Assembly: GCA_964016885.1 (NCBI GenBank)
Contig: OZ024743.1
Span: 72,416,001-72,480,000, forward strand
Direction: 5' to 3'
DNA: 64,000 nt
Source: Eledone cirrhosa
Taxonomy: Eukaryota
Positions within the stretch are counted from its first letter, which is position 1; each line of letters begins with the position of its first letter. Shown piece after piece: positions 43,355-58,497 of the stretch. A model generated the notes under the pieces. It had not been told where the DNA came from and ran no database searches. It saw nothing but the letters and a program-made list of their open reading frames with translations. The translations under genes were made by a program, and so were the position numbers.

Positions 43355-44072
43355 ATTTAGCAAATAAGAGACCCAAATGTCCTTCAGATACCCCTGAGTA
43401 ACCATCTAGCAACATGTGATCAGAAAATATTTATAATATTTCCATTCTACAAATTATACAGCCCAAGTGAAATCAAGAGAAAAATTAAAGAAAATAATTT
43501 TATTGATAAATTCCAACCCAAGCTAAATGAACAATAATAATGCTTATGACTACGCCTACGACCATGTAGACTACCACCACTAACAAGAATAACAATAATA
43601 ATAATAAAAGTGATGTTGATGGTGATGATTACGGAAGATCTTTATAAAAACCCTAGAAAATTCTATTTTCATCATTTCTAAAAATAGCAAAACAATTGAT
43701 GATTTGGATAGGGTCAAATAGAAGTCGTTAGACATGCTCAACCAACCGTGTCACTTACACCAATCCGCTTTAGTAATCTAGTGAAACTACACACCGTTTG
43801 GTCGAAATACAGTTTGCAAAACTTAGCATTCTGTAGCCCCTTTTTAATGTATATAAGGCACATAATTCACCCATCTCATTACAGTTGAAAATTGCAAACT
43901 TGACTGTCACCACTGAACATGAACCTGAAGATTGCGAAAGCATGAAAGTACTTGTTCAACTAACACTTAACATTTAATATTCTACCACACTGTTTCATTA
44001 TAATATCATTATAATTTTAAAGGATTGTAAATAAAACGAGTAAATCGGACAAAGTTGGAATTCCTTTTATTA
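43355..44072 (+). mobile_element. 5'-truncated PLE (non-Naiad GIY-YIG C-terminus + pLTR)
   Basis: QIRDPNVLQIPLSNHLATC..FIIFPFYK..RKIKENNFIDKFQPKLN; HHR at 43920-43958; ends at (TA)n. Confidence 0.75.
43920..43958 (+). ncRNA. Hammerhead-like motif with almost no stem II
   Basis: TGAAC-CTGAAGA-TTGC-GAAAG..CTT-GTTCA. Confidence 0.65.
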
Positions 44073-44097
44073 ATATATATATAAATATATATACATA

Positions 44098-44392
<295 letters not shown>

Positions 44393-45559
44393 TATATATA
44401 TATATATGTATATTAAACAGTAAGAGCTCAGCCACTTTTTAACTGTATGTACATGCATATATTTGCACGTAGGTTATTTTCGTTCTATTAAAGTGGTTAT
44501 AGAAGTCGAGTTTCGGACACTAGTGCTTCATCAGAAGATAGACAGAGAAATAAAAGTTGAAATCGAAAGATAAAAACTTAGATGCTAGACGGAATACCTC
44601 TAAACACTGTTTGTATGGCCAGTTTCACAAACATTAGAAATATATACCAAGCACAGTAGACAGAGAAACAAATAAACAATTATGATCCGTCACTGACTGC
44701 CCTAGGAAGATCATTGTAGTTTCTATATGAAAGGCATGTCACTGGAGATTATTTTTCAATACTCGTATTACGATGACAAGTGTGGACGATATGAAGTCGA
44801 GAAGACAACATAGGATTTACTTACTGCAACCTCTTACCAACAAACTGAGCAATACTGATAATGTGTCAAAATGTAAGTCTGTTCTATATGTAACTAAATG
44901 TAACTATAGTTCACTCCAGATTAGCTATTGGTTATTTTAGAGTTTCTTCTCGGAATGTCCCCACTGTGAAATACAATATTCAACATAGTTTAACCCTATT
45001 CAACATAGTTTATATAAAGCGACTCTGCTGCTGTAAGGAGTAGGTGAACGATAGAAGGGCGTTGAGACGTACTGTTGGTACGACACTTGAGCTAGAAAAG
45101 AAAAATAAAGCACGACGCAATTAGAAAGAAAAGGGAGACCACAATAACCCTAGAAATATAGAAAGTTGCGGAAGAATAACTGTTTTAGTGTTAGAAACGA
45201 GGCTTGTGTTGTGCTTTGTATATATTTGCAAATAGAATGGACTTTACATAAACGAGAACAATATGTACAAACACACACACATACACTCTCACGCACTTAC
45301 ACACGAACACGCTTACACACTCACAGTCAACCCCACACATACATACATACATACATACATACATACATACATAAACATATATAGGTGGATGTGTATGCGT
45401 GTGTACGTGTGTGTAATACTTCAACGGATATAGTTCTTTTACTATATTTAAAATGCAATGCTACACACACACACACACAAAGTGTCATGTCGTCTGTGGT
45501 TTGTCTATGTATATAAGCCTCGATGAATATATGTGCAATTTTTTGTACATATATATATA

Positions 45560-45727
<168 letters not shown>

Positions 45728-45979
45728 TGCGGGCGTGTCTCAGTGTTCAGTTCGTAGATTAAATATATCTGATGCATGCAAATGGTACAATTTAAATTGA
45801 TGGAACGAAACAGGAAATTACAAAGCTAGAAACGCTTCATGAAACAGGAAATTATTGTTTCTTACATTTTTTTCAGAATATATTTTTTTGTTATACACAT
45901 TTTCTCTTATATCCTTGCTCCCCCATTACCCTGTATGTTACCTCTCCTATAACATTGCGTATTTGTTCATTTTAATTGA

Positions 45980-46795
45980 TCGACGAATACTTATAAGTAA
46001 CCATTGAATCAACTGTTGCTGGTCTTTATGCCATCTATTATATCTCAATTGTGTTTGTCACAGCATCGAATAACCTCGATATAAATATACTACATCTAAC
46101 TGCAATGCATGAAATATCATTACATACATAGTTTATTCTTTGGTCTTTTTACTGACTAACCTGATTAGCAATTGTTTAATATTAGGTGTATTAATTTCTA
46201 TTAATGACCATAATTAATTTGTTGGATATATCAATGACTTTAATGTCTTTATTCGATGATTTGATGATTGTTAATTCATATTGATTGTTGATTATCCTGA
46301 TGAATTTGTTCAAATTTTGCCAACTCACTACTGAATTACGTAGAGACATACACTGCAACTGTTTAACCTCAGTATTGAGTAGGGCAGGGAGTGGCATGAT
46401 ATATTAGTACCACACATTACGTAAAGAACCTCATGGTATTGTAATTCTGTCAAACTATTAATGTAGATATGTATCTGAGATACAAATGCAAATATGGAAT
46501 ATGCTTCATTGTTCAGAAGCCTCACAATGCGTGTTTGGTAAAAACTACCAAGGTAACAAGAAATAACACAGTAAAGTAAAGTGAAAGATTGAGGGCAATA
46601 GGAGGTTACTAAATAATTTTTATTGATTCCAAATATTTTCAGATTTGCATCCATTATCAAGATAGGGGGGACCTCAGAGAGAATCATGAGAAATGTCATA
46701 GGATATATCTCTACCTTGCCAATTATACCAAACAGGCATTGTGGGGCTTCCAAATAATCGTATTTGTATGTCATATGCCACACTGCTTCTAGCAA
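45980..46795 (-). pseudogene. Possible decayed LRR coding remnant
   Basis: VKQLQCMSLRNS, IKVIDISNKLI and NLKIFGINKNYL in different frames. Confidence 0.3.
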
Positions 46796-46810
46796 ACTAC
46801 CACACACACA

Positions 46811-46873
<63 letters not shown>

Positions 46874-46971
46874 TAACGAAGGAAATGTGGTAAGGAACCA
46901 GTGGGTAATAGGAACGAGTAGGACCCCGACGGCTGAGCTTAAGCCGTTTGGACGGCTAATTCTGGACTGAA

Positions 46972-49900
46972 TTAGCGGTATGATGGCATGTATTCCGTAC
47001 GTTAATATCCAGGTGGTTCAGTTCTAATTTTGGGATTGCTGGGTCGAACCAAATTCAAAAAACGGACACATCACAACAAACTACAAAACGACATCAATGC
47101 ACTATTAAAAAAAACTACGCATCACCAACGGTATTGTAGTAAAAGCGGACAAAACATCAAACGTACAACATGAGCCTTAATACATGCAATACGCCGTGAA
47201 CTACACACAGATAGAGAAAACGACAGAATCTACACTCAATAGTATTAATAAGGAAGGATTTAGCATAGTAAAAAAACTGAAAATGTCTCATAGATCGAGC
47301 CTGTAACCCTTGTAACCCCACATTTAACCTAAAGGATCCCAAAAGTAATTTCGAAACAGTCACCACAATTAGATTAATATGGCCATCGAAGTCGGATATA
47401 GGTAGAATTAGCAAGTATATACTAGATAGAGTAATAGCACAAATCAAGGACAAACTAGTAATTAAGCTATGGGGTAACACTAAAGGAGCAATAGACTAGT
47501 TCAGCAAAATAGACAGTAGGGGAAAATCCAACTTCGTACAGTTTGACATCAATGACTACTACTCCTCCATCTCCTAGGTCACCCTAGATAAAGCGCTAGT
47601 CTTTGCCCAGAAAAATTCGGACCTAACCTCTGATGAAATTAAAATAATACTAGCTGCTAGGAGAACTATCATTAGATTCGAAAACAGTTACTGGGAACGA
47701 AAAAACAGACAGAATAGCTTCGATATCACAATGGGATCTAGCGACTCAGCGCAGGTATTAGACATAGTGGGAATATATATAGCGCACAACTTACATAAGG
47801 AATTTAATAACCCCCAGGGAGGAATTTATAGAGACGACACACTGCTTTTAGCTAAAAACTTAAATGATCAAAACATGGAAAAATTACGGAAAAACATCAG
47901 TCTTCTTCAACAAACTAGGCCTAGGTATCACTTTCGAATTTAACTCTAAAAAAGCAAACTTCTTAGATGTAACACTCAACCTAAGCACATGATTAATAGA
48001 GCCCTTCCATATAAATAATAAGAATCTAGCCTACATTAGTTATAACTCAAACCACCTCGATTCATAATTAACTCCGTAGCACATAGTATGACTCAGAATA
48101 TCCAGAATAACCTAGAGATTTGTAATGAACACGCAAACTATTATAACATAGCTGTACATAAGGCAGGACATAAAAAGGGGCACGAATACATACCAGATAG
48201 AGACAGCAGCAACAAACCTAACGACAGCTACACTACCCACACCTATAGAAATAACAAACATAGGACTAAACTTAGAATTAGACACCGAGCACCAAAAATA
48301 ACTGAACCGAATACTAATATAAGGATCCCTAGGAACTATAGAAAATCCAGAGATAAGAAATACTTATGGTTCAATCCAATATTCAACTCCTCTATAAAAA
48401 CCAAACTACCTTCTACATTTTTTAAGCTAATTGACAAACACTTCCCTAAACTTCACAAATACCATAGAATCTTTAACAGAAAAATTATCAAACTATCTTA
48501 TTCTACTGCAGCCAACATAGAATCACACATACATAACATCAACCACAAAAGAATCTCTAAAGAAAATAACCTACCAACATACACCATAGCACCAAATACA
48601 AAACGCAAACACATAACAACACACACACATCAGGGCGCATCACAACAAAGCATTAATAGGCCTAAATCTCAACCCAGCCATAACAACATGCAAAACCGCA
48701 ACGGAGAACCTACACACAGAAAAGCCTCCAACTTTAACTACCACCTACCGGATAAGTGCCCACTACAAAATAGATGCCTGGATTCAAGTATGGTGTACCT
48801 GTCTACTATAAATTCAGGCAACCTTACATAACATTACATAAGTTCCACGGCTGGGGAGTCTTAAAAAAATATGGTACGTTCAAAGATACACCATGAAGAA
48901 CCGTAGACAGGAGAACTCTACAACGCTCGCCAATAAAATCTGGTAGCTTAAAAACACAAACCAGGAATATAGGATTAGCTGGTTAAAATTATCGGGAGCA
49001 AGGGCCTACGCAATGGAATGTCCGACTGCAGACTTTGCAATATGGAGCTATTCCATATTTTAAGGTATGATAAGATGCTGCTTAACAGCAAAATAGAAAG
49101 ATCAATGTTCTGTAGGCACAAAATAGCTACCAAGTTCACACATTTCAAACCACTGTGATTCAACATAGCAATCCCAACATTAGAACTGAACCACCTGGAT
49201 TTTAACGTACGGAATACATACCATCACACCGCTATTAGCTGTCAAATAACTGACTGGTCACTAGATCATAAATCTCTAAACATCTCTTTCACCCTCTCTA
49301 ACTGAAACCACATAAACCCCATTAATACTAGACAATCAGCAAAACATTTACCACACATACATATAACCCCCCCCCCCCCCCCGCCGTTCAACATCCATCC
49401 TTAGCCCTTGGTTATCATACTAGTATCTCCCACTTAATTTCTTATTTATCGCTTTTTCTTTTATCTGTCATTTGTTACTGCCTCAGATTTTCTTAAAGAA
49501 TCTATGTCTGTTTCGAATATGGCTTTTCATGTTAGCACTACAAACACCCCAGCATCCTTATACAGACACTTACTCACCACCACAACTATTATCAATTATC
49601 GTATTCTGCACTTATATACTCTCACTTATCTTTATTTATTTATATTTTTTCTTATTTTATTTATTTATTAATTTTTTCTCACTTTTTTATAGTATCTTTT
49701 TTCTTACTTTTTACTTTTTACCTCTGTAACTTATTTACCTATTTATCATTCTATTTTATTATTGATGTTATTGTTTTGATTCTACGCTATTTCTCTATAT
49801 ATACTATGCCATGTATGAATTCTTTGTATTCTGAACATTTGATCAGAGGTAAATAATGAGATCGAGTGACGCAACTTCGAGCGATTAACCACTTCTAGAC

Positions 49901-50149
49901 TCACCTGATTAATGAAACAATTGTTAATACCTGAAATAAATCCCCTTGTTGTACAGCCGACCATGTTACTCTTCAATCTTTCACTATTATTACTCAAAGT
50001 ATAACCTGCATAGTAATTCTCGCGAACTCGCTACCTAACTACGGAAACATCTTGTTGACTCAATAAAAAGCCGTACGTTAAAACAATCCACGACACAGAG
50101 TACTCACAACCTCTAACTGGATTACCTATAACGATAACTTATTTTCCCA
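46972..50149 (+). mobile_element. Naiad-type PLE copy 2, 5'-truncated, with inverted 5' pLTR piece
   Basis: Homology to 1033-3352 with many stops (KADKTSN, MGSSDSAQ, GGIYRDD, WFNP, CPLQNRC, CRH); 46972-47040 is the inverse of 49167-49235. Confidence 0.9.
49826..49930 (+). ncRNA. Long-stem-II hammerhead with damaged 5' core
   Basis: GTATT/AATAC; CTGAAC instead of CTGATGA; ATCAG..CTGAT stem; GAAAC-AATT-GTT. Confidence 0.6.
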
Positions 50150-50318
50150 TATATATATACACATTTTAGTTCAGCATTAACGAAGCTTTAGTTTGCGGCC
50201 AAGCTAACGAATGCAAATTCGGTATAGCTTTAGCACTCGATAGGGAAGAGTACCCCAGAGTAATAACAATACGTTTAGATAGCTTAGCAAATCAAATATA
50301 GCGATCGGCAGTCCAGCC

Positions 50319-50634
<316 letters not shown>

Positions 50635-50863
50635 CTTAAGAGAATTAAAGAGAGAACAAGACAACGAACGAAAGTCACGTGTGTATTGCGTATGTATTAA
50701 CATTCTGTTATGGTCTCCCGTTCATTGTCTTGTCCTCTGTTAATTATCTTAAGTTCATCAAAATTAATTTGACGAATGTGTTATCACTTCTCCCCAAATC
50801 CATTTATTGCAATGGCTTATACATACATACATATATATGTTACACAGAGAGAGAGAGAGTGAG

Positions 50864-50969
<106 letters not shown>

Positions 50970-51194
50970 GGAGAGAGAGAGATAGGGAGAGAGAGAGAGA
51001 GAGAGAACGTATTCACATGAATAATAGGCTACGCAAGTGAACAAACACTGCATTTCTCCATTTGTTAAGTATACTAACAGAAAAACCGACGCTGGCGGTT
51101 TTCTGCTAGCATATGTAGTGTGCGTATTGGTTTATACGCAACTATATATGATTATAGATATAATGTGTAAATAGAAAAGTAAATTGACAATATC

Positions 51195-51835
51195 TTCGTC
51201 GCCCACTTACTTTTCTTGAGAAGTCGTGGGAGCAGAGTCATCCTCGAACCCTCTTTCCAGCGTGTCCGCCAGAAGCAACCATCTCTAACTGATCCAGCTG
51301 GATCCCAGAGCGTGTCCAGCCAAGCCCATGGATGGTATCCAACTATCTTGCTCGGGGTCTACTTCTGGGTCTCTTGCTGGTTGGTTTTGCCTGTAAAATC
51401 TGTCGAGTGATTCTTTCCTGAAAGATTCTAACCACATGTCCATAGTATCGGAGCTGTGATCTCTCAATCCGGAGAAGTAGCGGGTCCACCAGGAGTGATT
51501 CTCTTTATCGAGTAACGTTACCCCAAAGACTCTTCTGAGGAACCCAATTTCTGCTGTTTGTATTTGCAACTGTATTGTTTCCTTCATTATCCAAGATTCA
51601 TGACCCTCAGTAAGGGTTGGCAGAAATACCAGGAAGACAGCGAGTTTGACTTTTACACCTACCTCTATTCTGAATTTTGAATCAGCTTTTCCAATTCTTG
51701 CACTTAATTCAGCCTCCAGCCTTCCATCACTCATGAACACGTTTCTGAGATACTTGAATTTCTTCACCGGCTTCAATGGAACTTCATTCACATGTATCAA
51801 AATTTGAGCGACCTCTGTCCATCCATCCTTCACCA
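51195..51835 (-). mobile_element. RTE LINE 3' fragment (RT C-terminus)
   Basis: VKKFKYL..DGRLEAELSARIGKA..PTLTEGHESW..AEIGFLRR. Confidence 0.85.
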
Positions 51836-52024
51836 AATGTGTGTGTGTGTTTGTATGAATATATGTGTGTGTAAAAGGAAGGAAGGGGATACACACATAT
51901 ATGTCTCTAACATAAACACGGTGATACATACACACACACACACACACACACATATGTATATATGATACACACACGTCTCTAATTTAAGAATGCCGACAAA
52001 CTCACATGCGTACATATACACACA

Positions 52025-52830
52025 CTGTCCTATTACCACTTAAGAGCTTTGGCTCGGGCAAACATCCCCACACTTTTGAAACCGTCTTGGTTGTCCAGAA
52101 TTGATGGGAAAAGACCTGACGGTCAAGATGCAGGTGCCTTGTTTGGGAAATCACACTTAGTGACTCTTTTGCTTCTTCCCATATCCTGGATACTGTAGTA
52201 AGGGTGAGAGCTACAGCATCCGCAGCTGAACAGAACAAAATCCTAGAATACCGTGATCTGTTGGTTAACTACATTTTCCAGCCTGTGTCGTTAGAGACGG
52301 TTGGCGAAGCCGGGTTACTGACAGCGAGATTCTTATCTTCACTGGCGGCTCGCCAAACTGAGGTAACTGGTGAAGCTCATGAGGGTGCTTGGTAACTCCA
52401 GTACCTCAACCTCACCTTCACCCGAGGTAACGCTGCGAGTGTGCTGGCTTGCTTCAAAAATTATTAGAGAGGTTTCCCAGTGCTCCGCGCGATATTGTTA
52501 TCTTTTGCTCTGGTAGTAGCTCATTTGTCCACCCCTTTCGCCTGCCTTTTGTTATATGTGGTCCTAGATGTATGTCTTACCTGCTTGTGTATTGTAAGTG
52601 GTCCTAGATGTGTGCATGACCTGCTTTATGTTGTATGTGGTCCTAGTTGTGAGTATTACCTGCTTGGGTGTTGTATGTGGTCCTAGATGTATGTATCACA
52701 TACTTGGGTGTCGTGTGTGGTCCTAGATATGTGTATTACCTGCCTCTGTGTTTTTCTCTTTCTTTTTATTCCTTTCCCTTTCCTTTGTATATATTATATT
52801 TGTTTGTGTTTTCGTTCTGTAATCATTATA
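52025..52830 (+). mobile_element. CRE-like non-LTR retrotransposon 3' end (restriction-like endonuclease)
   Basis: CLVWEIT..ASAAEQNKILEY..YIFQPVSLETVG..FL..TGE..RGNAASVL; 3' UTR contains five ~40-bp repeats (52555-52745). Confidence 0.75.
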
Positions 52831-52836
52831 TTATTA

Positions 52837-53034
52837 GGGCGGTGGATTGGCAGTATCGGTAGAGAGTCGGACACCATGCTTTCCAGCGTAGTTACGTAGT
52901 TAGGTCCCTTTACGGTCTGAGTTCAAATCCCGCCGAGGTTGACTTTGCCTTTCATCCTTACGGGGTCGATATAATAAAGTACCAGTAATGTACTGGGTAA
53001 TTGCTGGCCTTGTGCCAAAAGTAGAAACAATTAT
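52837..53034 (+). mobile_element. Full-length SINE
   Basis: A box TGGCAGTATCGG, B box GTTCAAATCC, family core. Confidence 0.9.
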
Positions 53035-53406
53035 TATATTGTTTATACAACTGTGAATAAAACCTTAATAACAAATAATATGTGTTTGTGTGAATGTATG
53101 TGTTTGTGTGGATGTATGTCTGTGAGTGTATATTTTTGTGTCTTTGTTTCCACGATTAGTTATATAATCATACATCCGCACACACGTACACATACGCACA
53201 AACATACACGTCCGTGCGTTGAAAAACATCCCCACCCTCTCTCTACACACACACATATATATATATATCTGTCACATAGTCACTCTGTATCGCTCTCTCT
53301 TCACACATTCTCTCTTTCTTTCTTGCTCTGTATATATATATGGTGGTGGTATTGAAATTTGAATCTTTTACGAAATTTAGTACATACATTATGTAATATT
53401 CATTTA

Positions 53407-53580
53407 CAGTATCGGTAGAGGGTCAAACATGCTTTTCAGCGTAGTTACGTCCCTTTACGCTCTGAGTTCCCCATCCCGCTGAGGTTAACTTTGCCTTTCA
53501 TCCTTACGGGGTCGATAAAATAAAGTACCAGTAATGTACTGGATTATTGATGGCCCTGTGCCAAATGTAGAAACAATTAT
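53407..53580 (+). mobile_element. SINE
   Basis: Family core sequence. Confidence 0.85.
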
Positions 53581-53584
53581 TTAT

Positions 53585-54300
53585 TCAAAGTAATCCAACT
53601 TATTTTACTAACGGGATTAAAAAGTATATTCTGGACGCTGTCCGGCACTTCTTCCATTATTATAGTTTAGATAAACACTCCCGGATTCCAAAACAGATGT
53701 TAGGAAACAAACTAACAAAATCATATACAATTGCAATCATATTTCAGGACATATTACCTAGAAAATCTCCCAGGATAGCATGATCTATTATTACATCTGT
53801 CAACCACCAAGAGATATTAAATTGCTAACGTGAAAGTTTGTATGTGATCGTTACTAAAAGTTCATTTCAACTCTGAATAGTTTAATCTTATTCTGTTATA
53901 TTTGATATGTAGGCATAACGTTTTGATTCTAATGCACGAGAATGTTTAGAAAATTGCAACGGTCTAATTCTATTTGACATATCTAAATATTAATATATTC
54001 AGGAAAATGGCTAAGGAAGAGTAAATATCAACGATACGAGAACTAAAAAGAAAGTATTTTCAATACTAATATCAATATTTCATCATATAATCTCTGTGAA
54101 TTATTCTTAAAGTCAGTTTCTCCACAAAAGTAGAGTGTAGGTGTATATATCTGGAGGGAATATAAGAGTATAGAGTATAAACTAGATCGGCAGTGACATG
54201 TAATTTGACAGTGAAAGACTGCCACGGTTGGTAAGTGATTGGCAGAGCAGCATGTTAGCTAGCAATGGAGATCTGAAAATATTAAATATTTGTGACAATA
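53585..54300 (-). pseudogene. Possible decayed LRR-receptor N-terminal remnant
   Basis: CQITCHC, PPDI, YLDMSNRI, SVYLNYNN and LFNPVSKISWITLN in mixed frames. Confidence 0.3.
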
Positions 54301-54536
54301 GTACAAGTAGAAGACACTTCAATGCTTCATCAGCTGGCAAACGTATGAGAAATTGACAGATAGTTCGTCATTTCTCAACGGTTACGATGAGTTTTGGCAA
54401 GATATAATTAATGAGATTTGAAGTTATACAATATATCTTCACTATGAATTGCCACCTCCATCTAAAACTCCCTCTCTCACACACATACACTCTCATTCGC
54501 TTCCATTCTCTCTCTATCCCCCTCCCTCTCTTTCTC

Positions 54537-54632
<96 letters not shown>

Positions 54633-54664
54633 TGCGTGTGATTGTACTTGTTTATAAATATATC

Positions 54665-54697
<33 letters not shown>

Positions 54698-54856
54698 GGA
54701 TACCATTTATGGTTATGTATATACTAAAACTTTTTATAGTTATATATATTTTAAACCCTAAACAGTGAAGGTCAGTAATTTATTAGTACCTTATTACCAG
54801 TAAGATAAATAGCTCAATGCAATAACATCAGTTGTTCTACAGAGCAGTTATATAGA

Positions 54857-55425
54857 ATTCACAAGAATCTAAGCTATGTTCAAAGCAATTATTCACTTAC
54901 AATTGTTTGATCCAAACCTAGGCTTGGAATCTTCGGAGCATTTTTCAATATTTGTACACATAATTGACCTCCTTTCCAACGCAAGAGACATACAGATACA
55001 TATGTATATATTGATGTACAGTGGAGTGACATATATTATATTATATTATTTCTGTATAGCAATTCAAATTCAAAATCAAAATCAAATTAAAACAAAATAA
55101 AAACAAAATTAAAATACATTCGGCAGTTAACATAGATAATGCAAGAGGATAGTTTGTTAGTCAGATGTAGTAGTTATTGTATTCGTTAGTTACACGTGGG
55201 GCATGCACGTGTGTCTCATTTATATATGATTATTGTGTGGCAGGGTGTTACATGTAATAGAAGCACTTTAAGCGGGTAAGTAAGAGTATTAAGGAGGTTG
55301 TAGTGGTAAGGAGGTCAATTATCTGTACAAACATTGAAAAATGGTCCGAAGACTCCAAGCCTAGGTTTGGATGAAACAATTGTAAGTGAATAAATGCTTT
55401 GAACATAGCTTTGATTCTTGTGAAT

Positions 55426-55427
<2 letters not shown>
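54857..55427 (+). mobile_element. pLTR-like insertion with ~120-bp inverted ends
   Basis: 54857-54975 is the inverse of 55307-55427; HHR-like CCGAAGA..GAAACAATTGTA. Confidence 0.65.
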
Positions 55428-55459
<32 letters not shown>

Positions 55460-55510
55460 ATAAAAGTGAAGAATAACATCGTCAACAGTACAAACAAGGC
55501 GATTTATTTA

Positions 55511-55619
55511 CAGTCTAACAATTGTTTCCATGATACAGTTGTCTAGAAATTGCTAAACACTGAAGACAGCATAACTCAATTTAAAATTCATGCAACCTCC
55601 ATCATTTCATCAGAAACTG
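55511..55619 (-). ncRNA. Inverted copy of the long-stem-II hammerhead
   Basis: TCATCAG at 55607-55613; core intact. Confidence 0.78.
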
Positions 55620-58006
55620 ATAAGAGATACAAAATATATGCGTAACGATAAACTTATCAATTCAAATTAAAACATCAATAATATTATTAAAGAAAAAAAA
55701 ATGAAGGAAGGGGGTCAGATGGAAAGGAGAGGGGAAAAAGAAAAAACGGCGAAAGAGAGAACGAAGATATAGTTAAATGTATAACCGGCAAAGTTACGAA
55801 ATCAAACTATCACATCAAAATAAATATAATATTAATAATAAAGATGCATATTGAAAGAATGAAGGGGGGGGGGGGGGTGTAGTAAAGGCATCAATGTACT
55901 TATAAGAAAATTACGTGCCACCAATGGTATCATTGTAAAAGCAGATAAAAATCTAATGTATACACCATGAACCTTAATGCATACAACAACTTTATACGCC
56001 GTGAGTTACATAAAAAATACAAGAAAACTACGGAGTCTGCACTTAACAGTATTACCACAGAAGGTCTTAGCATAGTAAAAAATGTTAAATATCAGATAGA
56101 ACCGAACCTCTTACACCTTGTGAACCCACTTTTATTCTGAAGGATCATAAATGTAACTTCGAAACCAACCCTACTATTCGATTGATATGTCTTTCAAAAT
56201 CGGATACAGCCAGAATTAGTAATGTTATACTAGATTGAATATTACCACAAATTAAGGAACAACTAACTATCAAGCTGTGGGGTAACACAATTGAAGCAAT
56301 AGACTGGTTCAACTCATTAGACAGTAGATAATCGTCAGACTTTATACAATTTGACATAAATGACTACTACTCTTATATCTACCCAAGGCACTATCCTTTT
56401 GCTCCAAAAATTCGGATCTTTCAGCAGATGATATTAAAATAATACTAACCGCTAGAAGAATAATCATTAAATTCGACAACAGCTACTGGGAGCGAAAAAA
56501 TAAACAGAATAAATTCGATATAACTATGGGATCAAACGACTCAGCCCAAATCACAGACTTGGTTGGAATCTATATAGCATATTTCTTACATAGAGAATTT
56601 GGTAAACTACAAGGCGGAATACATACCAGATACAAAAAAATAACTACACACTTAATGTTAGTAATACTTCCCACAAACATAGAAACAGCAAACCTAGGTC
56701 TAAACGCATAAATTGGCAGCATACACCTAATTTAAATAAACATAATGCTAATACAAAAACCACTAGTAGCCATAGAAGATGCATAAATAGAAGCTACTTA
56801 TGGTTTAATCCAATGTTTAACTCCTCTATTAAAACTAAGCTTCCTTTCGCTTTCTTTAAATTAGTTGACAAACACTTCCCTAAAATTCATAAATATCATA
56901 AAATCTTTAATAGAAAAACTATCAAACTATCATACTCCACTGCCAACAACATAGAATCGCACATTCCCAAAATTAACTACAAAAGAATTCATAATCAAAG
57001 TAGCCCACATGTAAGTTCCATATCACCAAATACAGAACACACGCATATTACATCATCGCAACCGAACTCACGCCCGAGCACACCACCACAATACATCAAC
57101 AAACCTAATTCGCAACCCATACATAACAATCTTCAAAATTATTTAGTAGAACCGGCCCATAGGAAAGCATTTCTATGTAACTTCCACTTACCTGACAAAT
57201 TCCCTCTACTAAACAGATGCCTGGAGAAAAATGTAGTATACCTGTGTACTATCAACTCAGGTAGCTTTGCATGGTATTACATTGGTTCCACAGCAGGTGT
57301 TTTTAAAAAACGGTGGTACGTGCACAGACATTCTATGATTAATAAGAATCAATCAAATACAACAACTCTCGCCAACAAAATCTGGCAACTCAGGAATTCA
57401 GGTATTGAATACGAGATCAGTTGGTCAATACTGTCAAAAGCTAAGGCCTATCAAACTGGTATGTCCCATTGTACGCTCTGTAATATGGAGCATTTCCAAA
57501 TTCTTAATTTCAGTAAAACCCTTCTTAACTGTAGAATTGAACGAACTATCTTTCGCCGACATAAATCAGCAACGAAATTCCTGAACTTTAGACCAGCTTA
57601 ACTCCAATTTCTATGCCTTATCCCGTTTTATACCTTTAGTATCTATTACGATATCAAATTATCACTAACTTTATAATTACCAAAGAACAACTTCAGAACA
57701 TTTGTATTTACATCATTATTTTTATTTTATTTGTATTTACAACATTTCTTATCTTATACACCAACATGTTTCACCATTTGTCTTTGCATTTCTCCACTTA
57801 AACCTATTTCATCTCGATCATTTTATCCTATCATGTAATACATCTCAAATTAGCTAATTTAAATATCCAATTATTTATTTATTTATTTATTATTTATTTA
57901 TTTATTCTCGTCTCTACGTTCCACATATTATAACATTTTATATAACAATAGATGTAAATTGTTTATTTATTCATATATCTATTTATTTATATAGTTATCT
58001 ATGCAT

Positions 58007-58037
<31 letters not shown>

Positions 58038-58497
58038 TCTCTTTGCTTAAATCTCTATTTCTTATTTGCTTTCATCGCTGCAGTAATGTATATTCGTCCG
58101 TCTGTTTATCTTCCTTTTTCTCTACTTCCTATCCCGTACTCATCAATAATTATTATCCTTCCTTGCTTCCTCCTACTTCTTAATCTTCCTCTATATCTTC
58201 CTCCTGTTCCTTATTCATTCTTCTTTTACTTCTCTGCCTTTACTACATCCCCCTTTTTTCTTTCTATATGTATCTTTATTATTAATATTATATTTATTTT
58301 GATGTAATAGTTTTATTTCGTAACTTTGCCGGTTATAAATCTTACTATATCTTCGTTCTCTCTTTCGCCGTTTTTCTTTTTTCCCCTCTCCTTTCCATCT
58401 GTCCCCCTTCCTTTATTTCTTTTTCATTAATACTATTATTGATGTAGTAATTTGAATTCATGAGTTTACAGTTACGCATGTATTTTGTATTTCTTAT

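Noticed and set aside
52837-52935. tRNA gene
   Set aside because: The A/B boxes belong to a multi-copy SINE head; no convincing cloverleaf.
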